Notes under the pieces: model-generated
Database searches by the model: none
Told to the model about the DNA's origin: nothing
What the model saw: only the letters and a program-made list of their open reading frames with translations
Origin: Ignavibacteriota bacterium
GTDB taxonomy: Bacteria > Bacteroidota > Ignavibacteria > UBA10030 > UBA6906
Length of the DNA stretch: 64,000 nt
Direction of reading: 5' to 3'
NCBI GenBank assembly: GCA_963801355.1
Contig: CAWDEM010000008.1
Location: forward strand, 864,001 to 928,000
Made by a program: the position numbers and the translations under genes
Shown: positions 38,429 to 48,600 of the stretch, piece by piece
How positions within the stretch are numbered: position 1 is the stretch's first letter
Layout: the number at the start of each line of letters is the position of its first letter

Positions 38429-38447
38429 GGTGGCTAAGATTGCGCCG

Positions 38448-38519
38448 GGATCTGACCCCATCCGATTGACGATTGTCAATGGTCGATAGACTATTGACAA
38501 TTGGTTCGGGTCTGACCCC
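38448..38519. repeat. Two GG[G/A]TCTGACCCC palindromic elements around TTGAC/GTCAA-rich repeats; third, inverted copy at 37910-37922
   Basis: GGATCTGACCCC 38448-38459, GGGTCTGACCCC 38508-38519, GGGGTCAGACCCC 37910-37922. Confidence 0.7.
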
Positions 38520-38529
38520 TGCACACGCG

Positions 38530-39018
38530 CTAGCGGCTGATGTCCAGGATTTCATATTTGAGGATTCCTACGGGAACCTTGATCTCCACAGACTCCCCTT
38601 TCTTCTTCCCCAACAGCGCCTTGCCGATGGGCGAAGTGACGGAGATCTTGTTCATCTCAAAATTCGATTCCTCAGGGGAGACTAGGAGGTACTCGCACTG
38701 CTCTTGAGTCTTGAGGTCTTTCAGCTTGACCTTGGTCAGGATGTAGATCTTGTCATTCGGAAGGTCTTTCGCCTCTATGATCTTGGCCCGGGCCAGAGTG
38801 CCCTCGAGCCTGGCGATCTTCATCTCGTGGTGCTGTTGCTCTTCCTTGGCGGCATCGTACTCCGCGTTCTCCGAAAGGTCGCCGTGCCCGCGGGCTTCGG
38901 CGATCTTCGCGGCGATGGACTTGCGTCCCGTCGTCTTCAGTTCGCGCAACTCCTGCTCCAGCTCCGACAGCTTCTCGCGTGTCAGGTACACCGATCCATT
39001 AACCCCGTCGCCTTGCAT
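38530..39018 (-). CDS. greA: Transcription elongation factor GreA
   Basis: EARGHGDLSENAEYDAAKEEQ, ISVTSPIGKALLGK; SD GGAGGAG. Confidence 0.97.
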   Translation of the reverse strand: MQGDGVNGSVYLTREKLSELEQELRELKTTGRKSIAAKIAEARGHGDLSENAEYDAAKEEQQHHEMKIARLEGTLARAKIIEAKDLPNDKIYILTKVKLKDLKTQEQCEYLLVSPEESNFEMNKISVTSPIGKALLGKKKGESVEIKVPVGILKYEILDISR

Positions 39019-39039
39019 AAGCACTCCTCCCACGATCCG

Positions 39040-39086
39040 AAAAGGCAAAAAGAATAGCCATCATCCGCCGGGCGAATGGTGGCTAT
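39040..39086 (-). terminator. Intrinsic terminator or attenuator upstream of greA
   Basis: ATAGCCACCAT..ATGATGGCTAT followed by TCTTTTT. Confidence 0.65.
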
Positions 39087-39117
39087 GCACAATACTCGAT
39101 TCATTACCAACAGATGC

Positions 39118-39147
39118 AATGTACGATAACCGCGGACCGAAAGTCAA
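39118..39147 (-). promoter_or_regulatory. Putative greA promoter
   Basis: TTGACT-18 nt-TACATT. Confidence 0.55.
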
Positions 39148-39160
39148 GTGGAAAGTGGAA

Positions 39161-40405
39161 TTACTCGGCTTTCCTCTTGTCCGGGTCCTGCAGGATCAGG
39201 TGTCCTAATTTGTCCCGTTTGGTTTTCAGGTAGCGCTCATTGTGGGGGTTCGGGCCCATTTCCAGGGGGAGGCGTTCCACAATATCCAGTCCGTAACCGC
39301 CGAGCCCCACCATCTTCTTGGGATTGTTGGTCAGGAGGCGGATCTTGCTGATTCCGAGATCGCGAAGGATTTGAGCGCCGAAGCCGTAATCGCGAGGATC
39401 CGGCAGGAAGCCCAGTTTCTCATTCGCCTGTACGGTATCCAGCCCCTCGTCCTGCAACCGGTATGCCTTGAGCTTGTTTGCCAGGCCTATTCCCCGCCCT
39501 TCCTGGCGCATGTAGACCAGAACTCCGTTGCCGGCCTTTTCGATCATCCTGAGCGCGGCATTCAATTGCTCATTGCAGTCGCACCGGGATGACCCGAACA
39601 CATCACCCGTGAGGCACTCCGAATGGACGCGGACGAGTGTCGGTGCGTCGCGGCGTATCTCACCCTTGACCAGTGCAATGTGTTCCTTGCCATCCAGTAT
39701 TCCCCGGAAGAGGTGGAGAATGAACTCTCCATGCCGGGTCGGCAACTTGGTGGTAACCACGCGCTCAATGAGGCGTTCGCTTTTCATCCGGTAAGCGATG
39801 AGGTCCTTCACGGTGATAATGCGCATGTCGAATCGGTGCGCCAGGACAAGCAATTCAGGCACGCGCGCCATCGATCCGTCCGGGTTCATAATTTCGCACA
39901 GGACTGCCGCCGGGCTCAATCCGGTGAGACGGCAGAGGTCGATGACAGCCTCCGTATGGCCCGCGCGCCTGAGAACCCCTCCGTCGAGTGCACGCAACGG
40001 GAAAATGTGGCCCGGGCGGGCAAGGTCTGCGGGGACGGTCTCGGGATTTGCCAGGGCGCGTACGGTGGCCGCACGGTCCGCCGCCGACACTCCGGTGCTC
40101 GTTCCGACAATCACGTCGACGGAAACCGTAAAGGGGGTCTTGTGGAGTGACGTGTTCGTGTCGACCATGAGATCCAGTGCCAGTGCCTCAGCACGTGCGG
40201 ACGTCAACGGAGCGCAGATGATCCCGCGTCCATTTGTCGCAAGGAAATTGATAACCTCCGGGGTGACGAACTCGGCCGCGCACACGAAGTCGCCTTCGTT
40301 CTCGCGGTCTTCATCGTCCACGACGATCAGGATTTTTCCCGACCGGAAGCTTTCGAGAGCATCTTCTATCGTGTCAAAGGCCCGGGTCACTTCTGGCACC
40401 TGCAT
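39161..40405 (-). CDS. ribBA: Bifunctional DHBP synthase / GTP cyclohydrolase II
   Basis: [37 protein letters not shown]. Confidence 0.97.
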   Translation of the reverse strand: MQVPEVTRAFDTIEDALESFRSGKILIVVDDEDRENEGDFVCAAEFVTPEVINFLATNGRGIICAPLTSARAEALALDLMVDTNTSLHKTPFTVSVDVIVGTSTGVSAADRAATVRALANPETVPADLARPGHIFPLRALDGGVLRRAGHTEAVIDLCRLTGLSPAAVLCEIMNPDGSMARVPELLVLAHRFDMRIITVKDLIAYRMKSERLIERVVTTKLPTRHGEFILHLFRGILDGKEHIALVKGEIRRDAPTLVRVHSECLTGDVFGSSRCDCNEQLNAALRMIEKAGNGVLVYMRQEGRGIGLANKLKAYRLQDEGLDTVQANEKLGFLPDPRDYGFGAQILRDLGISKIRLLTNNPKKMVGLGGYGLDIVERLPLEMGPNPHNERYLKTKRDKLGHLILQDPDKRKAE

Positions 40406-40417
40406 GGTTCGCCGCGC

Positions 40418-40762
40418 TTATTTCTGGGGAACGTCGCCTTCGCCGATAATTGCCGTCACGGCCGAACGGTCGACCTTCAATTTGACGTTGTCCGCCACCT
40501 GCACGAGCAGGGTTTTCTCCTCGACACCCGCCACGACCCCGTGGACGCCGCCGGCGGTCACGACTTTGTCGCCCTTCTTCACTGCGTCCAGCATCTTCTG
40601 GCGTTCTTTCTGCCGTTTCTGCTGGGGGCGAAGAATCATGAAGTAAAAGATGGCAATAATCAGTGTAAACATGATCAGCGTGCTGATCAGACTTCCTTCG
40701 GGACTGCCGCCCTGCGGCTGTGCCATGGCGAGAAGAGTGTGTGCGTTCATAAGTGCCTCCAA
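40418..40762 (-). CDS. yajC: Preprotein translocase subunit YajC
   Basis: IFYFMILRPQQKRQK, KKGDKVVTAGGVHG. Confidence 0.95.
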   Translation of the reverse strand: MEALMNAHTLLAMAQPQGGSPEGSLISTLIMFTLIIAIFYFMILRPQQKRQKERQKMLDAVKKGDKVVTAGGVHGVVAGVEEKTLLVQVADNVKLKVDRSAVTAIIGEGDVPQK

Positions 40763-40771
40763 TGCAATTGA

Positions 40772-41917
40772 TCAGTTGTCCGTAGTGTTGCTTTCATCCG
40801 TGATTTCGGCAAGCGCGGCAAGCGTTGCCGCCTTCCACATTCCGAACCTGTTTCCGAGAATCGCTTCCCGGGCGCTCCGCACCAGCCCGAGGTAAAAAGC
40901 CAGGTTGTGCATCGATGCCAGCTGAAGCGCCAGAATCTCGCGTGCTTTCGCCAGGTGTCTCAGATATGCCCGCGTGAACGTGCGGCAGGCATAACAGGAG
41001 CATTCGGCATCGATGGGCTCGAAATCATTCGCGTAGCGCGCATTGCGCAGGTTCATCCGGCCGTGCCTCGTGAAGACCATTGCGTTGCGTCCGTTTCGCG
41101 TCGGCATGACACAGTCGAACATATCGATGCCCCGCGCAATGCCCTCCAGTATGTTCTCCGGCGTGCCGACGCCCATCAGATACCGGGGTTTTTTTTCGGG
41201 CAGAATCTCCGCGCAGACCTCCGTCATCCCGTACATGATCTCCACCGGTTCGCCCACCGAGAGCCCGCCGATGGCGTAGCCGTCGAAACCCATCTGCACG
41301 AGTCCGTGCGCCGACTCTTCGCGCAGGTGCCTGAAGACGCTTCCCTGCACGATGCCGAAGAGTGCCTGGCCATATCCATAGAGGGGCTGTGTTGCCCGGC
41401 CCCGTTGCAGGCATCGCTCCGCCCACCGGAGTGTCAGTTGATGCGATTTGGCCGCATAACCCTCATCGCACGGATAGGGCGCACACTCATCCAGCACCAT
41501 CATGATATCGGAGCCGAGCGACCGCTGTATGTCGACAACGCTTTCAGGCGTGAAGCGGTGAGAAGATCCGTCCAGGTGTGAACTGAACACCACACCGTCT
41601 TCGTCGATTCCCCGCAGGTCGGAGAGGCTGAAAACCTGGTATCCACCGCTGTCGGTCAGGATCGGGTGCGGCCAGGCCGCGAACCGGTGCAGGCCGCCCG
41701 CTTCTTCAATGATGCCGCAGCCGGGGCGGAGATACAGATGATAGGTATTGCCAAGAATTATGTGCGCGCCGATCTCTTCGAGTTCGCGCGGTTCTACAGC
41801 CTTGACGGCGCCCTGTGTTCCGACCGGCATGAATATCGGCGTGGGAACGATGCCATGATCGGTGACAATGCTTCCTGCACGGGCAGCGCCGTCCGTATGT
41901 TCCAGAATGTAATTCAA
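40772..41917 (-). CDS. tgt: tRNA-guanine transglycosylase
   Basis: TPIFMPVGT, LTDSGGYQ, FGIVQG, DMFDCVMPTR, CSCYAC..H. Confidence 0.97.
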   Translation of the reverse strand: MNYILEHTDGAARAGSIVTDHGIVPTPIFMPVGTQGAVKAVEPRELEEIGAHIILGNTYHLYLRPGCGIIEEAGGLHRFAAWPHPILTDSGGYQVFSLSDLRGIDEDGVVFSSHLDGSSHRFTPESVVDIQRSLGSDIMMVLDECAPYPCDEGYAAKSHQLTLRWAERCLQRGRATQPLYGYGQALFGIVQGSVFRHLREESAHGLVQMGFDGYAIGGLSVGEPVEIMYGMTEVCAEILPEKKPRYLMGVGTPENILEGIARGIDMFDCVMPTRNGRNAMVFTRHGRMNLRNARYANDFEPIDAECSCYACRTFTRAYLRHLAKAREILALQLASMHNLAFYLGLVRSAREAILGNRFGMWKAATLAALAEITDESNTTDN

Positions 41918-41923
41918 CTGTTC

Positions 41924-41952
41924 AAATTATGAAAAACAGGAGGGAAAAGCAA
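41924..41952 (-). promoter_or_regulatory. Putative tgt promoter
   Basis: TTGCTT-17 nt-TAATTT ending 6 nt before the TTG start. Confidence 0.5.
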
Positions 41953-41967
41953 CGGACCTGCCTGATG

Positions 41968-42035
41968 GCTCCCGATGCATCAGCGATTCCGTTGCGTCAT
42001 GGCTTCCACGGCATGAGCGCTTCCACTGCATCAGG
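41968..42035. repeat. Degenerate 17-nt tandem repeat x4 spanning the VanZ stop codon
   Basis: gctcccgatgcatcagc / gattccgttgcgtcatg / gcttccacggcatgagc / gcttccactgcatcagg. Confidence 0.6.
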
Positions 42036-42447
42036 CCCCAGCGGCAGTCTTCCGTGAATGCCGGCGCGAGAGGAGCACAACCACCAGGGCGCAGAGGACG
42101 CCCCCCAATGCATCGGCAAGCCAGTCGAAGAAATCCACCGATCTCCCCGGCACGAAAATCTGATGGATCTCATCCGAGGCGCCGTACAGTGCGATCAGGA
42201 GCACTGTGACAGATGCCGCGTGGGAATGCAGTCGCGGGAACAGTTCCTTGACCCTCAATGCCCGGTAGATAAGGAGTGCAAGCACAAAGTAGACGCCGAG
42301 GTGAGCGAGTTTATCGAATTGGAAGATATCCGGCGCCTGCAGCTCGTTCCCGGGAATCGAAGACACGATGAAAATCAGGACCGCCCAGAGAACCGGAGGG
42401 ACGAGATAGCGGAGCCTGAGAGAACCGGCTGAAGGAGTATCGGTCAT
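42031..42447 (-). CDS. VanZ-like membrane protein
   Basis: DKLAHLGVY, YGASDEIHQIFVPGR, DWLAD. Confidence 0.9.
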   Translation of the reverse strand: MTDTPSAGSLRLRYLVPPVLWAVLIFIVSSIPGNELQAPDIFQFDKLAHLGVYFVLALLIYRALRVKELFPRLHSHAASVTVLLIALYGASDEIHQIFVPGRSVDFFDWLADALGGVLCALVVVLLSRRHSRKTAAGA

Positions 42448-44000
42448 GAGGCCAGGGCCTTCAGCGCGTCCGGAATATGAGCAAGAATGTCCGTGGCCAG
42501 GATACTCCGCTCGCCAAAGTGCGCGGCGGCACTATCCCCCGCTTTGCCGTGTAGGTACACGCCTGCATAGGCCGATGCAAAGCTCGGCATGTGCTGGCCG
42601 ATCAATCCGGCTATGATGCCACCCAGCACGTCGCCGGATCCGATCGTAGCCATGCCGGGGTTGCCCGTGCTGTTCACGATTGCAGTCCCATTGTACGCTG
42701 TCACCGTCGGAGCACCTTTCAGAACAAGTATGCTCCGGAGTGTGCGGGCAGACTTTCGCGCTGCTTCCACTCTCAGCCGGTCGTGCATGGCACTATCCCC
42801 TCCCACAAGACGCGAGAGTTCTCCCGTATGAGGAGTGAGGATTGTCGGGGACTTTCTTCGCTTGAGGATTGCCGTCTTCCCGCTCATTGCGTTCAATCCA
42901 TCGGCATCCAGCAGAAGCGGACAGGGAATCTCCGCAACGAGCCGATGCACGAGGCGGTCGGTCTCTTCATGGCGGGAGAGTCCCGGACCGAGTACCACGA
43001 CATCGGCCCACGAGAGTCGTTCGACGATTTCGGCGAGCGCTGCGATCCCGAAGGTGCCGGATGAGGTCTCAGCACACGGCGTGAGGATTACATCCGTGAG
43101 CTTCCGCACGAGCATGCCGTGGATCGACGCTGGCACGCACAGCACTACGGCACCCGCACCGGTCTTCAGCGCTGCGAGAGCGGTGAGCGCAGGCGCTCCG
43201 GTGAAGTTCCTCGATCCTGCGATGACCAGCACCTTCCCCACGCTGTACTTGTGCGCGTTGAAGGGGCGTTCTGGCAAAAGCGCAGCGATATCCCTCCCCT
43301 CCACAAGGTAGGTCGGGTCTTTGGGGACCCGGATGGCCTCACGGGGGATACTGATGTCCGCCACACGCACCAGGCCGCTGCATGCACGCCCACCCCCGAC
43401 ACACTGCCCGATTTTCAAGCTTGCCATCGTCACCGTCAACTGCGCACGCACGGCATCCCCCGGGACTTCTCCGGTGGTCGCTGCGACGCCGGAGGGAATA
43501 TCCACGGCCACAACCGGACAGGCACGCCGGTTGATCCACCCGATCATCCTTTTCGCGATCCCCTCCGGCACTCCCGAGAAACCGGTACCAAAAATCGCAT
43601 CCACCACAAGGTCGGCATCGTCGAACGAACGGAGCGCGGTTCTTCCGGCAAGACGCACGATCTTGAGACGCCCCTTGGAGGTTGCCTCCATTTTCCGGAG
43701 AATCCGGAAATTCACGGCAGCATCCCCGGCGAGTTGTGCCACAGGCGGAAGCAGAAGCGTATGCACCCGTGCCCCGCGGTTTGCGAGGTGGCGTGCGATG
43801 ACGAACCCGTCTCCCCCGTTGTTTCCTTTTCCACAGACAACCACAACGTGTTTCCCCGACTGATCACCGAACTCTTTCGTCAGTTCATCCACGCAGGCGC
43901 GTCCGGCGTTCTCCATGAGCAGGAGACCGGGTATACCGAAGCGCTCGATCGCGGCCCGATCGAAGCCCCGCATCACCTCCGCAGTTGCCAGCAGCTTCAT
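42444..44000 (-). CDS. nnr: Bifunctional NAD(P)H-hydrate epimerase/dehydratase
   Basis: LMENAG, CGKGNNGGDG, DAIFGTG, AVDIPSG, LDADGL, LTPHTGE, MATIGSGDVL. Confidence 0.95.
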   Translation of the reverse strand: MKLLATAEVMRGFDRAAIERFGIPGLLLMENAGRACVDELTKEFGDQSGKHVVVVCGKGNNGGDGFVIARHLANRGARVHTLLLPPVAQLAGDAAVNFRILRKMEATSKGRLKIVRLAGRTALRSFDDADLVVDAIFGTGFSGVPEGIAKRMIGWINRRACPVVAVDIPSGVAATTGEVPGDAVRAQLTVTMASLKIGQCVGGGRACSGLVRVADISIPREAIRVPKDPTYLVEGRDIAALLPERPFNAHKYSVGKVLVIAGSRNFTGAPALTALAALKTGAGAVVLCVPASIHGMLVRKLTDVILTPCAETSSGTFGIAALAEIVERLSWADVVVLGPGLSRHEETDRLVHRLVAEIPCPLLLDADGLNAMSGKTAILKRRKSPTILTPHTGELSRLVGGDSAMHDRLRVEAARKSARTLRSILVLKGAPTVTAYNGTAIVNSTGNPGMATIGSGDVLGGIIAGLIGQHMPSFASAYAGVYLHGKAGDSAAAHFGERSILATDILAHIPDALKALAS

Positions 44001-44013
44001 AGCGCGTACTCGA

Positions 44014-45444
44014 TCAGAAGAAGGGTGAGGTGACATCAATGATGGTCGATGGAAACAGACCGAGAAACACGAGAGCGACGATCGCGAAGCTGAGGGCGAG
44101 AACTCCGGGGAAGAACAGTGTCACCTCCCGGTCCGCCTCTTCCGGCACGAAGTACATCATCACGACCAGGCGGAGATAGTAGTACACAGAGACAACGCTC
44201 ATGATCACGCCGAGGATGGCGAGCCAGGTATAGCCCGACTCGATCGCGCCGACGAACACGTAATACTTCGAGAAGAACCCGGCGAAGGGGGGAATGCCGG
44301 CCAGTGAGAACATAAACGCCGCCATCATGGCAGAGAGCAGCGGAGTCCGCTTTGCGAGTCCGGCACAGTCACTGAACTGGAGATTCTCTCCCCCCGGCTG
44401 CTCGACGAGTGCCAGGACACCGAATGCGCCGATATTCATGAGCGTATAGGCGAGCACATAGTAGAGCACGCCGCCGGCGCCGACGGTGTTTGCGGCAACG
44501 ACACCCACGAGGATGTACCCGGCATGGGCGATGCTGGAATACGCAAGCATGCGTTTGACGCTGGTTTGTGCGAGTGCTGCCAGGTTGCCCAGGATCATTG
44601 ACGCAGCCGCCGCACTTGCGAGGATCTGGCGGATCAATCCCTCGTCCCGGAGAACCGATGGCGCGAAGATAAGGAGAAGCGCAGAGAATGCGGCGGCCTT
44701 ACCGCCCGTAGCCATGAAGCCGCTCACCGAAGTCGGGGCGCCTTCGTACACGTCGGGGGCCCACATGTGGAAAGGCACGGCGGCGATCTTAAACAGCAAC
44801 CCCGTGAGCAGCAGGCCGAGCCCTACGGTGAACACCGGTGTTCCGGCAAGTGAGGGGACGGCGTTTCTGATGGCAGCGATGTTGGTCGTTCCGGCCGTGC
44901 CGTAGAGCAGAGCGATTCCGTACAACAGGAAACCCGTGGCAAACGCTCCGAGCAGGAAGTACTTCATGCCGGCTTCGTTGCTCAGCGTGCTATGGCGTGC
45001 AATCGCGGCAAGCACATAAAATGCGACCGACATTGTTTCCAATCCGAGGAAAAATACGACGAGGTCATTCGCCGCCCCCATGAGCATCATGCCCAGCACG
45101 GCAATGGCGACGAGGGCGTGGAATTCCCCCTTCACGGTGCCGATTTTGCGGAGGTACCTCGACGAGAGCAGCACGCTCAGTGCGCCACCCGTGCAGAACA
45201 CCATCGAGGTGTAGTTGGCAAATCCGCCGGTCATGACGGTACCCCCGAACGCGAGTCCGCTCCAGGAGGTGTTCATGAACGCCACAGTGCCCGCAGCGAG
45301 AAAACCTATGAGAGCAATCCACCGGTCCACTTTCTCGCCGTTACGCATTATTGTCTCTACGATCAGAAGAATCAATGCGGTGACAAACAACATGCTGATC
45401 GGCCCGACCGCAAGGATGTCTGCAAATGTCACTGGGATGCTCAT
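44014..45444 (-). CDS. nuoN: NADH-quinone oxidoreductase subunit N
   Basis: LGLETMS, EAGMKYF, FKIAAVPFHMWAPDVYEGAP, KRMLAYSSIAHAGY, SLAGIPP. Confidence 0.96.
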   Translation of the reverse strand: MSIPVTFADILAVGPISMLFVTALILLIVETIMRNGEKVDRWIALIGFLAAGTVAFMNTSWSGLAFGGTVMTGGFANYTSMVFCTGGALSVLLSSRYLRKIGTVKGEFHALVAIAVLGMMLMGAANDLVVFFLGLETMSVAFYVLAAIARHSTLSNEAGMKYFLLGAFATGFLLYGIALLYGTAGTTNIAAIRNAVPSLAGTPVFTVGLGLLLTGLLFKIAAVPFHMWAPDVYEGAPTSVSGFMATGGKAAAFSALLLIFAPSVLRDEGLIRQILASAAAASMILGNLAALAQTSVKRMLAYSSIAHAGYILVGVVAANTVGAGGVLYYVLAYTLMNIGAFGVLALVEQPGGENLQFSDCAGLAKRTPLLSAMMAAFMFSLAGIPPFAGFFSKYYVFVGAIESGYTWLAILGVIMSVVSVYYYLRLVVMMYFVPEEADREVTLFFPGVLALSFAIVALVFLGLFPSTIIDVTSPFF

Positions 45445-45505
45445 TGAATTCTCATTCACTTTCGACAGAACCGCACAATTGTTCAGCGCTTTCCGCCTGC
45501 CGCTT

Positions 45506-47008
45506 CTACCGGAGGAACAACCACCAGATTGCGACAAAAATCGGCATCAGCACGGGAACCGAATACTTGACAATGTAGCCCAAGAAACTCGGGCACTGGA
45601 TCCCCGCCTGTTCGGCGATGGATTTTACCATGAAATTCGGACCGTTGCCGATGTAGCTGCAGGCCCCGAAGAACACGGCGCCGAGCGAGATGGCCTGTAC
45701 GTGCAACGGATGGTTCGCCAGCAGCGCGCTCACCATGATCTGTTCCACCGAGACATTCCCTTCTTTGACAAGATCAAAGTGATATTGCACCAGTGACGCG
45801 AAGGTTGCGCGGATTTCCTGGGCATGTTCGCCGGTGAGTCCGGCGAGTGCCGCACCCTTTGTCGCGATCAGATGTTGCACACCGGTTACAACGTCGGCGT
45901 TGACGAACAGTCCCACTGCCGCGCTCAGAAAGTTCAAGTAGGTCGGGGCGTTGTCAAGAAACGCCGAGAGAGACCCTGTCCCAAAATAGAACTGTCCCGG
46001 GGTCACGATTCCCAGTGCAGCGGCATTCAGTTCCAGCCAATCCAGGGCGGGAATCATCGTGGCGAAGATGCCTGCAAACAGCACCGCAACTTCTTTGATC
46101 GGGATGAAGTTGAAGTTGTTCTTCTGATGGATGTCATGTTTTGTCGTAAAGTACGAGCCGGCGGCGGCGAGTATCATCAGCACTTCACGGACCAGCGGCG
46201 GCTCGGTGATGAAGACCGCGACAAGAATCAGGGCAAGGAAGAACAGATTATGCACGCCTGAGGCTGACCCTTCTTCATGCGCGCTCTCCACGCTCTTCCG
46301 CGCGGCAGCCGAGAGACGGCGGTAGCTGAGGAGATCCATGACAAAGAAAACCCCCAGCACAAGTGTCATGGCCACCAGCCAGGGGAACCAGGACCGTTCC
46401 AGGACCCAATAGAACGGGACGCCCCGCAGATAGCCGAGGAACAGCGGCGGATCGCCGATAGGCGTCAACGCCCCGCCCATGTTGCTCACGATAAAAATGA
46501 AAAAGACCACATGGAACGGACGGACCCTGTAGCGGTTTGCCCGCAGAAACGGCCGGATGAGGATGATGGAAGCCCCCGTCGTCCCCACGAGATTTGCCAG
46601 CACGGCCCCGATTGCCAGAATGAATACGTTCGCCAGGGGGCGTGACTTGCCCCGGATCTGGATATGAATCCCACCGGCAACGACAAAGAGCGCGCCGATC
46701 AGCGCAATAAAGCTGATGTATTCCAGCAGCGTGACCAGCAACCTGTCCGCGTGCCCGAGCCCGATGATATAGTACCCTGCGACAATAGCTCCGAGACCGA
46801 ACGCCACGTAGGGGTAGTTGTGCTCCCACCAATGGCGATTGATGAAAGGGACGATGGCGATTGCGAGCAGGAGCGCGACGAACGGAATCACCCAGGCCAC
46901 ATGCACGGGTACCGCGTGCGAGGACGACCCCTCACTGGCAAGTGCCGGCAGGGGCAGAAGCACGGCAAGCTCAACCGCGCGCAGTGCGATGCGGGCCGGA
47001 GACTTCAC
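45506..47008 (-). CDS. IT-superfamily transporter (putative sodium:proton antiporter, CitMHS_2-like)
   Basis: PFVALLLAIA..WWEHN, GTTGAS, VSNMGGALTPIGDPPLFLGYLRG, PIKEVA, SAFLDNAPTY, SYIGNGPNFMVKSIA. Confidence 0.85.
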   Translation of the reverse strand: MKSPARIALRAVELAVLLPLPALASEGSSSHAVPVHVAWVIPFVALLLAIAIVPFINRHWWEHNYPYVAFGLGAIVAGYYIIGLGHADRLLVTLLEYISFIALIGALFVVAGGIHIQIRGKSRPLANVFILAIGAVLANLVGTTGASIILIRPFLRANRYRVRPFHVVFFIFIVSNMGGALTPIGDPPLFLGYLRGVPFYWVLERSWFPWLVAMTLVLGVFFVMDLLSYRRLSAAARKSVESAHEEGSASGVHNLFFLALILVAVFITEPPLVREVLMILAAAGSYFTTKHDIHQKNNFNFIPIKEVAVLFAGIFATMIPALDWLELNAAALGIVTPGQFYFGTGSLSAFLDNAPTYLNFLSAAVGLFVNADVVTGVQHLIATKGAALAGLTGEHAQEIRATFASLVQYHFDLVKEGNVSVEQIMVSALLANHPLHVQAISLGAVFFGACSYIGNGPNFMVKSIAEQAGIQCPSFLGYIVKYSVPVLMPIFVAIWWLFLR

Positions 47009-48573
47009 CGTTCTCTCCGTGCATCGGACGGATTCTCTCCCACAACACCCCCCACGGTGAGGCGTCGTGCCTCTTCCAGCTGATGCACAACGTGTCTGGC
47101 AGCCACCGCACTTTTATCCAGGAACGTCTTAGGATAGACACCCAGCCAGACGATGAGGAGGACCACAGGCACGAGCACAGCCCATTCGCGAGCGCCGAGA
47201 TCCTTGAGCGACCGGTTCTCGGGATTTTCCACGCGGCCGAAGAACACCCGCTGGTAACTCCAGAGGAGATACACTGCGGCAAGGATCACACCGATTGCAG
47301 CAACAATGGCATACCAGGGGCTGCCGAGGAAGCTGGACTTGAAAGCGCCGACGAGAATCAGAAACTCGCCGACGAATCCGTTCAGGCCCGGGAGTCCGAC
47401 GGATGAAAGCATCACGATCATATAGAATGTTGCGAATACAGGCATGATTTTCGCCAGCCCGCCATAGTCACTGATCATGCGCGTATGGCGGCGCTCGTAG
47501 ATCATGCCCACCAGAAGGAAGAGCGCTCCGGTGGAGAGCCCGTGGTTCACCATCTGGATGATGGCGCCCTGCATCCCCTCCTCGTTGAGTGCCAGGAGCC
47601 CGAGGACCACGAACCCGAGGTGGCTCACGGAGGAATACGCGACGAGTTTCTTGAGGTCGGGTTGCACCATCGAGACCAGCGCGCCATAGATAATGCCGAC
47701 GACGGCGAGGATCGCCACATACGGGAGAAACGTGAACGTGGCGGATGGAAAGAGCGGCAGGCAGAATCTCACGATCCCATAGGTACCCATTTTCAGCAGC
47801 ACCCCGGCGAGGATCACGCTTCCCGCCGTTGGAGCCTCAACGTGCGCATCAGGCAACCACGTATGCAGCGGGAAGATCGGGACCTTGATGGCAAAACTTA
47901 GCGTGAAGGCGAGGAACATCCAGGACTGAATCCCGGAGGGAATTCCGGGCGCGATGGCATAGAGCTCCAGGAGGTTGGTGGTGAAATGTCCTCCCTGCAG
48001 CGTTGATGCGTAATAGCCGAGCCAGATAATCGCGATGAGCATCACAAGGCTTCCGGCCATAGTGTAGATAAAGAACTTCACTGCCGCATAGACCCGTTCC
48101 TTGCCCCCCCAGATGCCGATGATGAAATACATCGGGATGAGCATGAACTCCCAGAACACGTAGAACAGCAGAAGATCGAGCGACATAAAGACCCCGAGCG
48201 TCCCGACTTCCAGAAGCAGCATGAGTGCCACGAACCCCTTGACCCGCTCCTTCACGGAGTCCCAGGATGCCAGCAGCGCGATCGGGGTCAGGAAGGTCGT
48301 CAGCACGACAAGCAGGAGAGAGATGCCGTCGACACCGAGATGATAGCTCACGTGCAGAGAGGGTATCCAGAGCGTCTTTTCGACAAACTGCATTCCTTCT
48401 ATTGCCGCATCGAACCGGACGAAGAGGAGCACCGAGGCGGCGAACGTGAGCAGTGCTACGGTGAGGCCCGTGACTTTCACAGCGCGAACGCCGGCGGTTG
48501 GCAGCGCCGCGACGGCACATGCGCCGAACAGCGGCAGGAACAGGATCAGGCTCAGGAGGTAATAATCAGTCAT
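47005..48573 (-). CDS. nuoM: NADH-quinone oxidoreductase subunit M
   Basis: LGVDGIS, FYVFWE, KVPIFPLHTWLPDAHVEAP, LKMGTYG, FVGEF. Confidence 0.97.
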   Translation of the reverse strand: MTDYYLLSLILFLPLFGACAVAALPTAGVRAVKVTGLTVALLTFAASVLLFVRFDAAIEGMQFVEKTLWIPSLHVSYHLGVDGISLLLVVLTTFLTPIALLASWDSVKERVKGFVALMLLLEVGTLGVFMSLDLLLFYVFWEFMLIPMYFIIGIWGGKERVYAAVKFFIYTMAGSLVMLIAIIWLGYYASTLQGGHFTTNLLELYAIAPGIPSGIQSWMFLAFTLSFAIKVPIFPLHTWLPDAHVEAPTAGSVILAGVLLKMGTYGIVRFCLPLFPSATFTFLPYVAILAVVGIIYGALVSMVQPDLKKLVAYSSVSHLGFVVLGLLALNEEGMQGAIIQMVNHGLSTGALFLLVGMIYERRHTRMISDYGGLAKIMPVFATFYMIVMLSSVGLPGLNGFVGEFLILVGAFKSSFLGSPWYAIVAAIGVILAAVYLLWSYQRVFFGRVENPENRSLKDLGAREWAVLVPVVLLIVWLGVYPKTFLDKSAVAARHVVHQLEEARRLTVGGVVGENPSDARRER

Positions 48574-48600
48574 ATCGGTATCGGGTCAATTGGCCTAGTG

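Noticed and set aside
40405-40418. FMN riboswitch before ribBA
   Set aside because: Only 12 nt separate yajC and ribBA.
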